From Takakia lepidozioides (lineage: Eukaryota; Plantae; Bryophyta), in contig CM060734.1 of assembly GCA_030704615.1 (NCBI GenBank), positions 1,674,001 to 1,738,000 on the forward strand: a stretch of DNA of 64,000 bases, given 5' to 3'. The position numbers and the translations under genes were made by a program. Positions 63,761-64,000 of the stretch are shown piece after piece. Numbering within the stretch: position 1 is the stretch's first letter; every line of letters begins with the position of its first letter. The notes beneath the pieces were generated by a model. That model was given only the letters and a program-made list of their open reading frames with translations. It was not told the DNA's origin and did no database searches.

Positions 63761-64000
63761 CAGATGTCACTCGGAATTCCCATGAGCGGAAGACGAAATA
63801 TCATGAGCACGGCTCTCAAAACTACAATTTCTACTTCAAACAATGAATATATATATATTTTTCTGACACATTCCATTAAAATAATGTTTTTTATGTTTTT
63901 TATTTCCAGAATTTGTACTTCTGCTCATGAAAACCGATTGTCTTACTACTCCGCTCATGCCGCTCATGCTCATGAAATAGCTAACCTCTTGTGGCTAGAT

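Larger units (their letters stand above)
48250..63988. mobile_element. Rearranged ~13.6 kb Mutator-like DNA transposon (parts 48257-58629 and 60754-63988)
   Basis: 38-bp termini at 58592-58629 and 63951-63988. Flanks AGCCACAA (58630-58637) and TTGTGGCT (63989-63996) are reverse complements, giving an 8-bp TSD once the 48257-60753 inversion is undone. Confidence 0.85.

Overview
Repeat-rich nuclear DNA from a land plant, probably a non-seed plant such as a bryophyte (inferred from the element types). There are two host genes on the minus strand: the first three exons of a DRP3-type dynamin (11085-9287) and an intronless PUB16/17-type U-box/ARM E3 ligase (14816-12786). Almost everything else is nested transposons. 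These are an RTEX/CR1-like LINE, a Copia with RT deleted and a SINE inside it, a hAT MITE, and an L1 split by a chromoviral Gypsy and by a long-LTR element. That long-LTR element in turn holds a Dualen-like LINE remnant (chromodomain, PCIF1-like MTase fold, RNase H, REL). The main finding lies at 48250-63996. Undoing two inversions with base-resolved breakpoints rebuilds a ~13.6 kb Mutator-like DNA transposon with 38-bp TIRs and an exact 8-bp TSD (TTGTGGCT). It encodes a GCM-like/DDE/SWIM transposase and, divergently, a spliced ParB-fold + beta-class amino-DNA-methyltransferase (6mA/4mC-type) gene. It also carries about 30-35 copies of one near-palindromic site (GGAAAWWYGGCGCCRWWTTTCC) in four different arrays. 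It inserted into the same cargo gene of a sister copy. All domain calls come from motif recognition by eye; no searches were run.
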